Origin: Terriglobia bacterium
GTDB lineage: Bacteria > Acidobacteriota > Terriglobia > JAJPHL01 > JAPKYU01
Direction: 5' to 3'
DNA: 64,000 nucleotides
Assembly (NCBI GenBank): GCA_965206645.1
Contig: CBDBKE010000004.1
Span: forward strand, 1,088,001-1,152,000
Shown: in pieces, positions 43,555 to 55,753 of the stretch
Numbering within the stretch: the first letter of the stretch is position 1
Layout: every line of letters begins with the position of its first letter
Notes under the pieces: model-generated
Told to the model about the DNA's origin: nothing
The model's database searches: none
The model's input: the letters and a program-made list of their open reading frames with translations, nothing else
Program-made: the position numbers and the translations under genes

Positions 43555-45822
43555 TTATTCTTTTTCAAAGCCCTGGCTCGTGAACTTTAGTGTCCGACTG
43601 TTCTCCGTTACCGTGCGCACGACGTGATCCGGGGCGCCCGCCGGCACCTCGGCTTCGATCTCTAGGGTCACAGTAACCTTGGCTCCCACCAGGCCGGAAA
43701 GATGCGCGATCACCTCGTCCGCAATCCGGCTCGCGTCGCGGCCTACCCTCTCTGCATCTAGCGTTGCGGTCCCATGAAACCGCTTCGGTTGCGGCGCTGG
43801 CGGTTGATCCGAAGGACCCCCACCGGGACCGGATCCGCCGCCTGGATCCGGGCCCTCGCCACCCGTCCCGCCGCCGGCACCTTCTCCGCTGCCAGCCGAC
43901 TGTGCTCTCTCGGCATCCAGCTGTCGCCGCGCGATGTCCGACTTGACGAGCAATCCAGGAGCATCCGCATCCGGTAATGAAATGACTTGCCCGCCACGTA
44001 AACCGCGATATCTCTTTGCCTCATCGTCAAAGCTGTCCGCGAATGCATACGCATCCTGTTTCCAGGTAAGGAGGGCGATGCCGTCGCTGATTGCGTTCAG
44101 CAGGACTGTTGAGTCACTGACCCGTGGCAGATAGAGATACCGCGCAAAATCCTCGACGATTTGTTTGATCGACACGTGGTCGCCGCGCCAGAGAGGCACG
44201 CGATCAAGTTCCATCCGTAGTCGAGTGGCGGCAAAGCCTGTCACCAGCAACTCGTCGCTTTTCAGTTTCTTGCTCGCCCTGGCTGCGAGCGAATGCTGGC
44301 CCGACAGCCTCATGGCCTGCCACTCCATCGAAGTATCGGGACGGGCCTGAACCGGAACCAGGAGCCACTGGTACGTCTCCGGGAGCCGGGCCGTAACCGC
44401 GCTGGACGCAGCCTCCTTTTGAATTTCGGCCTGCTTGACCTGATGAGGCGAAAGGTCGAGCTGCTCCCGCTCGCCGAGTATTGATTCCCATGCCAGGTAC
44501 CGCCGGACCGCCTCATCGAGATCCTGCAGCCTCGTCTTGTCTGCGGCCAGAAACACGAGCGTGTTGCGATAAATCCTCGGCGCGCTGCCCCTCGATTCCA
44601 GGATGGTTTGCGCAGCGGTCTCTGCGGGACTTCTCTTCTCTTTGCTGTAGGGCGTGTCGATTCCGAGCACCACGAGTCGTGCATCGAGATCATCCGGAAC
44701 ATCCTGCCCGGATTGCGGGAGAGGATGAACTCGATTGAAGTCGCCCGTGTCGCGGAGATCCGATCGGAGTCGCGCACCGAGCTCCTGCACCACCTTGTCG
44801 AGATTGCGCTTCAACTGCTCGGCACGATCCTCCGCCAGTTTCGTGACGGTTGGCTGTGTGGAGTACCAGTAACGAGGACCATCCTGGTAGAGGTACGTTG
44901 CCGCACCGGCCAGTCGCCGTAGCGCGTCGCCGAAGACCGCCGGAGACTCCCCCGGCATGACACAGCCGAGTTTGACGCGACGGTCCTCAAGACCCCGATG
45001 CGCCGCATCGGCGGTGGGGGCGGATCCGAGATAAATCGCTCGCGCGACGCGTCTGGACGCGTGGAACTTTCCGAGGTTCGGAACCGCGCTGTCAATCCGT
45101 CGCGGCAGCGAGCTGGGCCCGTCCACGTCTTTCTCGATCACCGGCACCCAGTTGTCGGGGAGATACCGGGTCAACTCGAACTGTACGCGTGGATCGTCGA
45201 TCGCGATGTTCGCCGGCAGAATCAGCGGATTCCTGTCGTCTTTCTCCCACAGGCTGTGAATCACAGCCGCCATCAACCGCAACACGCCACGCGTGCGCTG
45301 GAATTTCACCAGCGTCGACCAATCCGTGTACAGGCGATCGAAGATCTCGGGGTGTATCGGATAGGCCGCCTTGATCCGCTTCTCGTAGTCCGCGTCCCGA
45401 CACTCAGGCGGGAACTCTTGATGCTGTGTCCGATAGAACTCGGCAAATGCGCGGGCGACCACATCCCTATCCCTGAATTGGACAGGATCTGTGAACGGCT
45501 CGAAAAGCCGTCGCCGCACTATCTCGAAGCTTTCCTCGGCACTGGCCGGACGCCAGGACGATTCGATACGCCCGACGACGTTTCGCAACCGATCGAGTGC
45601 CTCCCGCCCGCGTTGCCCACCGACCTCGACGTCATCCGCCCTGGTGTGGGGGGACCCGGTCGTGTCCGAGGCTGGCAAGCTGATCACGAGCAGGCAGTTG
45701 TTGGCGAGTTTGGCCGATTCCGTGAGCACCTGGGCAAAACTGAATTGGGTCTCGAAGCCGCCGGCGGGGAGGTCGCTCTGGTCGTGCAGTTGGCGAGCGT
45801 AGGCCACCCACTCGTCGATGAG
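43555..45822 (-). pseudogene. DUF499-family AAA+ ATPase, N-terminus deleted by IS3
   Basis: Walker B LIDEWVAY at the IS junction; EIVRRRLF, YPIHPE, FQRTRGVLRLMA. Confidence 0.85.
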
Positions 45823-47072
45823 TGACCAGACCGATTTTTTGTACCAACCGTAGTGAGAGTTTACATCGCAGCCTGGGGCTGTGAAACTGGTTTCAGTGGC
45901 AGGGGAGGGCTATAGGCCCCCGGCGCCGGGGGCCTATAGCCGAGCGCCGAGTGCGGCCGCACCGTGTTGTATTGCACCCTCCACTGTTCAATCACCACCT
46001 GTGCCTCCTTCAACGAGTAGAAGATCTCTCCATTCAGGCATTCGTCCCGCAGCTTCCCATTGAAACTCTCGCAGTACCCGTTCTCCCAGGGACTGCCCGG
46101 TTCGATGTACAGTGTCCCGGTCCCTAGATTTGCCAACCACTGGCGCAGTTGTTTGGCGATGAACTCGGGACCATTGTCGGATCGAATCTGTTCCGGTATC
46201 CCTCGCCACAACATCACGTCCGACAACGCCTCAATGATTTGTTGGCTGCCCATCCTCCGCTCCACCCGGATCGCCAGGCATTCCCGCGTGTACTCATCCA
46301 GCAAGGTCAGCAGCCGCAGCGTTTTCCCCTCGTGCGTTCTGGCACTCATGAAGTCGTAGCTCCACACGTGGTTCGGTCGCTCCGGCCTCAGTCGTACACA
46401 GGAACCGTCGTTCAGCCACAGCCGTCCTCGCGGCCTTTGTTTTTGCGGCACTTTCAGCCCTTCCCGCCGCCAAATCCGCTGCACCCGGTCCTTGCCCACT
46501 TCCCAGCCCGCACTCCGCAGCAACGCTGTGATCCTCCGGTAGCCATATCGCCCGTACTTCGCTCCCAGGGCAATGATCGCTCGGGTCAGAGCATCCTCGT
46601 CCACCCGATGAATCGGCTCGTATCGTTGTGTCCCTCGCCATTGCCCCAGCAGCCGGCAGGCATGCCGTTCCGACAACCCGTGTTGCTCCCACGCACGCTC
46701 CACCGCACAACGCCGCCGCTCAGGGCTCAGAAGTTTCCCTGTGCCACATCCCGCAGTACCTGCTTCTCCAGAGAAAGCTCCGCTACCAACCGCTTCAGCC
46801 GCGTGTTTTCCTTCTCCAACTCCTTCAGCCGTTTTGCCTGCACCACCTTCAGCCCGCCGTATTCCTTCCGCCACCGGTAGTAGGTTTGGGTGTGGATTCC
46901 AGCTTCTTTGCAGGCTTGGGGCGCAGTCTTCCCGTTCCCCATCTGCACTTCTATCTGCCGTAGCACCGCTACAATCTGCTCCGGCTTGTAACTCCTTGTC
47001 GGCATGACCTCACTTCCTCCTCAAGTGGATTCTCTCTCTTTCCACTTGGTACAAAAAGTGCCGGTCAGGTCA
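45823..47072 (-). mobile_element. IS3-family element A, copy 3
   Basis: 1250 bp; no target duplication; flanked by different truncated genes. Confidence 0.95.
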
Positions 47073-48157
47073 GTACGGGTTGCGCGGGTCGGTGCTGGTT
47101 TTCGGGGTTGACGACAACGCTGGCGGCGCGATGATCGAACGCCTGCACCATCTTGCCTTCGTAGAGCGGCACCCAGTCTCCGGACGGACTGGCGAAGCGG
47201 TTACCGCCGATGGGATACGCGCCCTCTTTTTCCTCAAGCTCCACCCGTGTGCGGAACAGGCCGGAATCGTTGGTCATGTGGAACATCGTCGAGTATTTCA
47301 CCGGCCATGCCTTCACTTCCCCACCCGATGACCGATTGACCAGTACCGGCAGGCGACCGTAGATCGCGGTCGTCAGCTCGGCATCCCGGCGGGTGTGGAA
47401 GATCGGCGCTGTTCCGGTATTCGGATTGACGCGGTCGAAGTCGGCCGCCGTCAGCGGAAAACAGCGCTCGGGATCGTCGAGTTCGGCGGCACTGTGAAGA
47501 TAGAATGCGCATCTTGCCGGATCTTTAACTGGCGATGGGCTTGCGACAAAGGCGCAGAACTTGAAGCGGCTGTCTACGTCGGGAAAGAAAACCTTCTTAT
47601 TCTCGAAGTCGTAGAGCGCCCGCAGCCTTCCTTGGGTCGAAACACCCTTGAAGAACCGCGCCGCTGTCTTGTCGGAGGCGATTCCGGAGGGGGTGAGAAG
47701 CCCGACCATACCGTCGGGTTTTACGATGGTCATAGCACGCTCGACAAAGAGCGAATAGAGGTTTATGTCGCCGCTGGACAGCAGGGGATAATCTCCGCTA
47801 GTTCGTGCCATGCGGGTTGCGGCCACCGCACGTTCACTGGCCGTGGCGAAGTCATGTGCAAGCGGATCGCCAGCCTTCTCAAGATCGGCAATCATGCGCT
47901 TGCGGTCGGCCGCGCGTTGGGCCAGGGCGATCTCGCGCCGCCTCGCGGCGAACCATTCAACCTGCTGTAATTTCATCCGGTCCCAAGGCGGATTGCCGAT
48001 TACGGCGTCGAAGCCGCCGTTCAGTCCGGTGCTTTCCCACTCCGACCACACGCCAGGAAACGCCACCTGCCAATTAAAGAAGCGTTCGTCGTCGAGGATC
48101 TGCCGTGCTTTGTCGAGCAGCCCAGCAAACCGCTCACCGTCTTGTGTTTCCGTTAAG
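47073..48157 (-). pseudogene. Eco57I-like Type IIG RM enzyme, distal part
   Basis: GFDAVIGNPPW, NLYSLFVER; continues the 51207-53466 frame. Confidence 0.88.
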
Positions 48158-49805
48158 CCCGGATTTCCTTTTTGAAAACGCAGCGGCAACGTTCTGCTAA
48201 CCTCCAACGTCAATATTCATGCGGGTTCGAGCATCAACATTGCCTTCCGGAGGTGTACACCCAATGGGTGAGAGCGGAAAACAGGGATTTCAGCTGTCGT
48301 TCAACCGATTTCTGCGAGTCGGGTTCCAGGGATCACGAGTGACTTCCAATGGTGGACTGATTCTGGTCCGGGAGTTGGATGAGCGTCTGGGATTCAGCGA
48401 ACTCATTGACGAGCACCTGACCGATTCGCGGGCAAACAATGCGCGGTTGTCTTTCGCGGACCTGCTGCGGCAGTCGGTGTACAGCCGCCTGGCTGGGTAC
48501 GAGGATGTGAATGATGCCAAGCAGCTCTCACGAGATCCGACATTCCGGCTGATCGGCTCCGAGAAGATCTGGGATCGAGGGGCAGCACTGCCATCCCGGT
48601 TGCAAACCTTCGAGACGGACCTGCTGGCCGAGGATGGGAACTTCCCAGGGCTGGCACGGGTGAACCGGGAACTGATTGGCAAAGCAGAAGCGTTGAATTC
48701 GCCGTACCGAACAGTGCTGGACATGGACTCGACTGAGATCCCTGTCTACGGCGAACAGGAGCAGAGCGCCTACAACGGGCACTTCGAGTCAACTTGCTTT
48801 CACCCGCTGTTGCTGTTCAACCGCGAGGGGGATTGTCTGGCGGCCCAGCTCCGTCCGGGCAACGTGCACAGTGCCGAGGGTTGGGAGAAACTCCTGTTGC
48901 CCGAGATTGAGCGCCAGCAAAGAATGGGAAAAGAGATTGCGTTTCGGGCGGACGCGGCCTTTGCCAAGCCGGAGGTGTACGAGGCATTGGAGGAACGGGG
49001 TGTGAAGTACGCAATTCGCATCCCGGCCAACGATATTCTGCAGCGAGACATCGAAGAGCTACTGAAACGCCCCGTGGGAAGGCCCACCAAGAAACCGCTG
49101 GTCGAGTACAAGGGGTTCTTGTACCAGGCAGCCGGTTGGAAGACGGCTCGAAGGGTGGTGGCGAAAGTAGAGCATCATTCCGGGGAGTTGTTCCCGCGAG
49201 TGGGGTTCATTGTAACGAATCTGACGCTGCCGAATCGGGCGGTGGTGCGATTCTATAACAAGCGCGGCACCGCAGAACAGTGGATCAAGGAAGGCAAGCA
49301 GGCGGTGAAGATGACGCGGCTCAGTTGCCACAAGTTCCGATCTAACGAGGTACGGCTTTGGCTGACGATCATCGCCTACAACCTGGGCAACCTGTGGCGA
49401 CGGCTAGTGCTGCCACAGAGAATCGAGAAATGGTCCTTGACGAGCCTCCAGCAGCGGCTGGTGAAAACCGGAGGACGGCTCCTAAAACACTCACGGTACT
49501 ACTGGCTCCTGCTGGCCGAGGGCCATTTGACCCGACGGCTGTTTGCCAGCATGCTGGGGCGGATCGATGGATTGGCACTCCCGTCGGGATAGCCTGGGCT
49601 ACGGCACACAAGAAAACGATGCCGCTATCCCCCAGGTATGGAGAGTTGTCTGAAAAAGCTGGGTTTGGATGCTGATTGGACGGTTTTAGGGGACCCCGAA
49701 AGGGACGCTCGGAGCTGATGGTCCTCTCGGAGAAAACATTGTACTCGCTGGGACGCAGATGCGTGTATATTTTTAATCGCCGGAAGGCCAAAAAGGAAAT
49801 TCCGG
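48158..49805 (+). mobile_element. IS1380-family element, transposase 48219-49592
   Basis: CCCGGATTTCC / GGAAATTCCGG ends; GYEDVND, LDMDST, RADAAF, YNKRGTAEQWIKE. Confidence 0.93.
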
Positions 49806-50055
49806 CTAAAGTCCCAACTCCTATAGCGGGACACCAAAAAAGAAATCCTGCCCACAAGCAGACCAGACCCTACCAGTTTCTCCAAACACAGCTCCCTCGA
49901 AGACCCATCGCAGACATTGTGCCGCAAGTAGTACTTGGAAGACACGCGTCCGGGCTTGCGCACCGTGCTCAGGACCTCCCTGTGTTATAGTTTCATCGAA
50001 ATGGCCGGCCTGATGGCGACAAGTGACCGCTTGTTGCCAACGAGGAGTCCAATGC

Positions 50056-50586
50056 ATGTGGAAAACGCGCAAAGAAGAAGTCACAACCAACGTGGCAAAG
50101 GAGGTGAGTCCTGTGGCTACACCCAGTGAACGGAGACCTTTCGAGCCAGAGCGAGAAGGATCGCCCCACAGTGGAATGGCCTACATCGGCAAAACCGTCG
50201 TCGTAAAAGGGGAGCTGTCGGGAAAGGAGGACCTGTACCTTGATGGAGAAGTCGAAGGCACGGTGGAACTGCCAGACCACAACCTGACCGTCGGACCCAA
50301 CGGCCGGGTCAAGGCCAACCTGCACGCCAAGGACATTACCATCATCGGCAAGGTGCAGGGGAACGTGCGCGCCATCGACAAGGTCGAGATCCGAAAGTCC
50401 GGATCGTTGATCGGCGATATCATCACAGCCCGGCCCATCATCGAGGAGGGCGCCTACGTCAAGGGAAGCATTGAAACCCAGCGGGCCGAAGTGGCCCGGG
50501 CGGAGGCCAGGAAAGCGGAGACGGCCGCCGCCGCTACCGCGCCATCGTCCCATGCCGGTTTCAGCACGGGAAAGAAGCTTCCTTGA
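50056..50586 (+). CDS. Bactofilin (polymer-forming cytoskeletal protein)
   Basis: IGKTVVVKGEL.G.EDL..DG.VEG...LTVG.NG...GDI...I..GA..KGSI; GAGGAG RBS. Confidence 0.88.
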   Translation: MWKTRKEEVTTNVAKEVSPVATPSERRPFEPEREGSPHSGMAYIGKTVVVKGELSGKEDLYLDGEVEGTVELPDHNLTVGPNGRVKANLHAKDITIIGKVQGNVRAIDKVEIRKSGSLIGDIITARPIIEEGAYVKGSIETQRAEVARAEARKAETAAAATAPSSHAGFSTGKKLP

Positions 50587-50769
50587 TCCTTCCGATCGGC
50601 CAGAACCGGACGCCACCTGCCCGGACGGCCCCGCAAGACCTAACATGTGCCCTATGGGGAAGCGGTGACCCAGCTTACCGAAAACCTGAAGAAGCTGTTC
50701 AAGCCAGCCGACGTGGAGCAACCGTGGCTTCCTCCTACCCCACCGACTCAGCTGCGCCACAGCAGCGGA

Positions 50770-51149
50770 GTGCGCTGTCCGGCCAGCCCGACCGTCCCGG
50801 GATTGCTGCCATGACGGCGCCCTCCGACCGACGCGTCCTTGCGGGCGTATCGCTCGCCCGCCAGCGCCGTCACCTCCTCATCGAGCAACTCCTCCACGTG
50901 CATCAACCCCAGGGGGACCAAGGACCGGATTAGCTCCACCTTGGCGTCGAGCTCCAGGTCGGAGTAGTCCTCGCGGCGGATGATCTTGACCGGACCCAGC
51001 GTGCGACCCTTCTTGCGCTTCCTGACAGGACGTAGGACACTGCTCATCTCGGCTCCTTTCTCTCGTGGGGTGATGTCCGTCTCTTAACGTCATCAAACCA
51101 CACGGGTGTGGGAGCCGTTTCAATTTCCAACTAAGTTTCGCTCACTCTC
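50770..51149 (-). mobile_element. IS256-family 5' fragment
   Basis: GAGAGTG left end; LLDEEVTALAGERYAR...RHG..PG.V. Confidence 0.65.
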
Positions 51150-51206
51150 ATAGTGTGCTATCACGATGTAGACTACAGCGCTCATCTCGCAAAAGGGTGG
51201 TGCCGG

Positions 51207-53466
51207 TTAAGACCTCAATCTTGCCCGAGGCAATGTCGATGGGATCGCCGAAGATGCTGGTGAAGTAGGCGAAAAGCGCTCTCTTATTGTCGTGATCACG
51301 AATGTTCAGCCAGTCGAAGGCATGGACCAGGGAGAGGAAAGCATTCAATGGTGCCGTCATCTCCTCCACTTCGGCGAACACTTCCTCGGAACGATGGGCT
51401 TCAGCAATCTCGGCGTCGGTCAGTCCCTCGATGATCTGCATGGGAGCCGCGGCCCGCGTGGCCCGTTTTAACGGCCCTTTCAAAAAGAGCGGGCCTCCTT
51501 GCTGCGTCGCCCTGTCGATCCCGTTGCGGACCCATGAACCGAACAGGCTATCCCCGCAGAGGAGGTGATGATCCAGGAAGCTCAACGGTGCGCCCACCGT
51601 AAACGTATGCAACCAGAGCGCAACCTTGGCTAGTTCGACGGCCATAGGGTTCTTATCGACGCCATAGACGCAGCGCTTGAGAACCATGCGCCGCACGATA
51701 TGCCGATCGTCAAGTTGTTCCGCATTGATGGTCCAGCCGCGTTTCTCGGAGTTGTCTATGATTGTGTTGCGGATAGTGTCGATCCGCTCGGTCAGAGGCG
51801 AAATGTAGTTGTCCACCGAGGCTTCGGCATCGGCCATGGCCGTGATTACCCGGTCGGCGAGATAGTCCACGAGGTTGACCAGAAAGTGCCCTGAACCCAT
51901 GGCGGGGTCGCAGACTTTCAGTTCAAGCAATTTCTCGGCAGGATCGGCCCGCTTCAATTGGCCGATTCTGCGGTCCTCGGGCAGTGGGCTCGTGGCGAGT
52001 TCGAAATTCTTTGTAGTGAAATCGTCTATGCGCGACTGGACCAGCGGCTCGATCGTTTCCTTGATGATCAGGGCGACCAGATCGTCGGGCGTGTAGTAGC
52101 TGCCCGATCCCTTCCGCGCAAAGACGTTTGGGCGGAAGGCAATCTCGCCGTCCTCACGGACGATCTCGTGTTCGAGCAAACGCTCGTAGATCGAACCGAG
52201 TTGCTGAACGCCGAGGTCGCGATAGTTGATGTAGCGGCGGCCCTCGGTGGTTTGTTCAAACGAAAGCGCATCGATGACATCGGCCATGATCTCGTCGCCG
52301 AGCCGAATGTTGGTGAGCAGGGGTACGCGTTGCCGGTCGAAAAGACCGCCGTTATAGGGCGGCAGACCGATGGAGGTGTCGCCTTGATCGATAGCTCTGC
52401 AAAGATCATCGATGGCCGACCAGTATCGGGCAGCGCTCGCAGAGAAGACATCATCACTGTCTTTGCGCCGCCCGACATCGCCGCGCACCTTCTCGCGCAA
52501 CGCGTAGTCGTCGTAGCGCGTGTTGCGGACGGGCAGAAGGTCGCGGTCCTCGGCATAGAAGATGAAAAGGAGGCGGTAGAGGAGAATCAGGGCGGCCTCA
52601 CGCACTTCCGGTAACGGTGCCTCGGTCACTGCAGCGGCGATGGCGCGGGCAAGCGCGGGAAAGACCTGTTCGAAGACCAGAGCGGAAAGATTGGCGGCGA
52701 CGCGTTCCTCGTAAAACCGGCCTTCCTCGATGGCGCGCTGGTGGAACGTGCGCGGGTCGGTCGGCCCGGCAAGGAAAGCCTCGCGCCGGAAGACGAGCAC
52801 GAACACCTTCAGCCAGTGATGGCGATCCGCTTCCGTGAGGGCGAACAAACCGTCGTTATGACCGGGGAGATCGAGAAGCACCGCGAGATCGACTTCGAAG
52901 AACTGCTCCGAAACGGACCGGACGCCTTGATAATAGAGCCGCCACCTGGCGCCGTTGGTGAGGATGCCCCATCGCAGCTTGCCGGTAGTCAGATCATCCA
53001 CACGCCGAAGATAGCGAAGCATCTGGGTCGAGGGCGCGGTCTCCTCGCCCCGGCGCCCGGAGCGGCGATCCAGTGGGCGCCTCCATCGCTTGGACTCGAC
53101 GACCGCGAGGCCGAACTCGTAGCGCTTCCATTCCTCGGCAAAGCCGTTGGCGCGATCCTTCGCCGCGTCATCGGCAAACAGCAGGCCATCGGGCACGTCC
53201 TCCCGGCCGTGAGCGAAGAGATTTTGCTGGCGAAGGCTCACCGTCCACCCGAGTTGCCCAAGGACAGGCCAGATCAGATCGTCTTCGGTCTGGCTTTCAT
53301 TAGGCGAGCTAGCGATGGGGAAGCCTTCGAAAACATCCCGCACGGAGGCTTCGAAGGTGGCGAGCGCACCGTCACCAATGTCCCGCCGGTCGTCGAGACG
53401 AGTGACCGCATCACGAAGGAAATCATTGGAGAAGAGACTTCCCTGGATCGGGGTGGCACTGCTCAT
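51207..53466 (-). pseudogene. Eco57I-like Type IIG RM enzyme, proximal part
   Basis: PDGLLF..VESKRW, WGILTNG..WRLY, GSYYTP, DPAMGSGHFL, GVDKNPMAVEL. Confidence 0.9.
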
Positions 53467-53607
53467 GCGTTGTCGGTCCTCGAATCAGGCCGTTGTTTCC
53501 GCATTACACCATGAGCCTTCAGGCCTCTATTAGGTGCCAATAAGCGGCCAAGTGGTCTGCACATTGTGGCTTGTCACTGTCTGCTTTCGCCGGGAAAACC
53601 GCAAATG

Positions 53608-53997
53608 TCAACTCGTCGAACCTGTAAGCGATGGGGCCTCATCGACAACCTTGATTAATGACTCCGCAGGTATGCCAAGCCCCTTGTGCAAACGCCAAAT
53701 CATCTTAAGGCTCAGTGGACGCTTGCGGTTCAATACCTCGTACACCCGGTTGCGACTGCCGATATACGTGACTAGATCCTTCGGTGCGAGCCCGTTCTGC
53801 TCCATGTGGTAGTGGATGGCGTCGATCGGGTCGGGTAGATCGAGAGGGTGATTCCGCGCCTCCCAGGCCTCGACCAGTGTCACCAGAACATCCAGGCGGT
53901 CGCCTTCGGGCGTGTTGCGCTTGGCCGTCATCAGGCCCTCAATTTCCTTGAGCGTGCGACGGTAGTCTCGTTCGGTCTTGATCGGTACGATTTCCAT
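53608..53997 (-). CDS. higA: HigA antitoxin (HTH)
   Basis: PIKTERDY...EAWE...PDPIDAI...MEQ.GL...SRNRVYEVLNRKR.LSL. Confidence 0.9.
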   Translation of the reverse strand: MEIVPIKTERDYRRTLKEIEGLMTAKRNTPEGDRLDVLVTLVEAWEARNHPLDLPDPIDAIHYHMEQNGLAPKDLVTYIGSRNRVYEVLNRKRPLSLKMIWRLHKGLGIPAESLIKVVDEAPSLTGSTS

Positions 53998-54007
53998 AGC
54001 TCGGTCC

Positions 54008-54310
54008 TCAAATCGATTGCGCGTCAATGGCGTCGTACATTCGGTGCGTTCCGATGAATCGAATGTAGGCGACTCGGTAGGGGTAGTTGATCCACACCAC
54101 GATGCGATACTTGTTGCCGGCGATGTTGAACACTGCCCTCCCGTCCTTAAGGATGCTGACGCTGCGAACATCCCGTTTGACATCGGCCGGGGTCGCCCAA
54201 TCCGCAGCTTTCACTTGTCTATACCAAGCCATCACCGGCTCACGGGCAGCGGTGTGAACGGGCTTGGCTTCAAGGAAGGCTTTCAGCGTAGCTAGGGCAA
54301 TAACTCGCAT
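54008..54310 (-). CDS. higB: HigB toxin (RelE-like)
   Basis: MRVIA..TL..F...W..P.D...FNIAGNKYR...IRFIGTH..YD. Confidence 0.9.
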   Translation of the reverse strand: MRVIALATLKAFLEAKPVHTAAREPVMAWYRQVKAADWATPADVKRDVRSVSILKDGRAVFNIAGNKYRIVVWINYPYRVAYIRFIGTHRMYDAIDAQSI

Positions 54311-54480
54311 ACCGAGCAGGAGTATAGTCCCATATTGGGACTGCGCTATGCAAGCCTTAACGTTGGACAGTGATTCCCGGCCCCCGCTTCGCCTCGGTGG
54401 GAATACGGCAGATGCCATGGCAGAAATCGCCTTTAACTTCGAACATCCGTACCACCTCCCGCCGATGGGGATCTTTGGCC

Positions 54481-54611
54481 GGTACTGTCAAGTTGAGCAG
54501 AATCTGCCCGTTTTGCGGAAGGATTCTGCTGGATCAGAGACTGAGAATCAATGACTTGGCGGTGGCGGCGGGCGGCGAGAATGCCGCCAAACTGCTTAAC
54601 TTGACAGTACC
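54481..54611 (+). mobile_element. 131-bp IS6-type MITE, copy 4
   Basis: Same TIRs and body. Confidence 0.93.
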
Positions 54612-54797
54612 GTGCTCGGCTTTCCCGGCCCAGACGAGTTGCGGATCGAGGTGTGGGTCGTGAGCGTAGGTCTTCTTGCCGGCGTCCCGGTCGGTCTCCG
54701 GCGTGACCAAACCGACCGGCGGATTGTTCGCGCGCTCCTTGTCAGCGTGCGTGTAGTTCTCCACCTCACGCTCTTTGCTATCCTTCTGTCGCGCCAT
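54612..54797 (-). pseudogene. Type III Mod-like DNA methyltransferase N-terminus, truncated by MITE
   Basis: Y.H....R.NNPPVGLV...YAHDPHLDPQLVWAGKAE. Confidence 0.7.
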
Positions 54798-55018
54798 GGC
54801 GTTCCTCTTGACTGGGCTTCTGTCTTCAATTCAGCAAAGTGATTTCAACCCCGTGCCCCGCACCGAGATTGTCCTGCCCCGATTGATGAATGCGTGTCGC
54901 TTGCTCGGCTGAGAATTTGGCTCCACCGACACCATCGGCACATTATGCTAAACATTAGTTTTAGCCGCGGATCACCGATCATGCCGACCCGCAATGTTGG
55001 TGTGACACCTGGGTGCCG

Positions 55019-55753
55019 CTACCGTCTGGTGATGGCAATCTCAAGGTATTCCCGTTGAATGTCTATGAGGAGTTGCTTCAATTGGCGTTCTGTGGGGTGC
55101 TTTTTAATTCCCGCCTCAACGATGCTGCGAAGTTTTTGAAGGTATTGGCCCTTTTTCTGCGAGTTCGTTATGCCTCGCCGCGACCACGATAGACCTTGGC
55201 TTCCGAGCACGTGGTAGGGGTGTGAGTCCAGATGGGCGTGGTTGTCAATCAAGTCCTCGAGAATGGTTGTCGCTTCGTCCACGGACGCTTGCGCATCGGC
55301 TGCACCTGGGTTTTCGATAGCTTCCCGAAACAGCAAATACGCCCATTCGTTCTCGACAAAAGGGTCGTCAGGTGAGATGCTCCGGGCTTGGTTCAGGAAC
55401 TGGCGGGCTAGGTTTAAATCGCTTTTCTCAACTTCCAGGCTCCCGCGCTGCAACCAGTAGTGGAAGTCCCAGCCGAGCATCGACTCGAGCTGCCCGTAAA
55501 GGTTACGTGTTTGTTCCAGTCGAACGCTACGCAGGAAATAGTCGTGGTTGATGAAATGTCGTAACATCTTCCACGAACGGGCCGATCTGCGCATATCAGA
55601 ATGAATCTTGCTGGCGGCCATAAACGCAAGGCCAGATAGAACGGACGCTATCCGTCCCTGCTTCTGGAGTTCATCATGCAAGACCTCAGCAATGACGCGG
55701 TGTCTAGCCTGAATATATCCTTCACGACGGCTCGTGACGATGTGTCTGTTAAG
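55019..55753 (-). pseudogene. C-terminal helical/TPR-like part of a large protein (possibly a P-loop defence protein), 5'-truncated by IS1380
   Basis: ARHRVIAE, HYWLQRGSLE; frame open up to the IS end. Confidence 0.5.

Noticed and set aside
49730-49780. Outward sigma70 promoter in the IS1380 right end
   Set aside because: TTGTAC...TATATT spacing is 21 bp; not convincing
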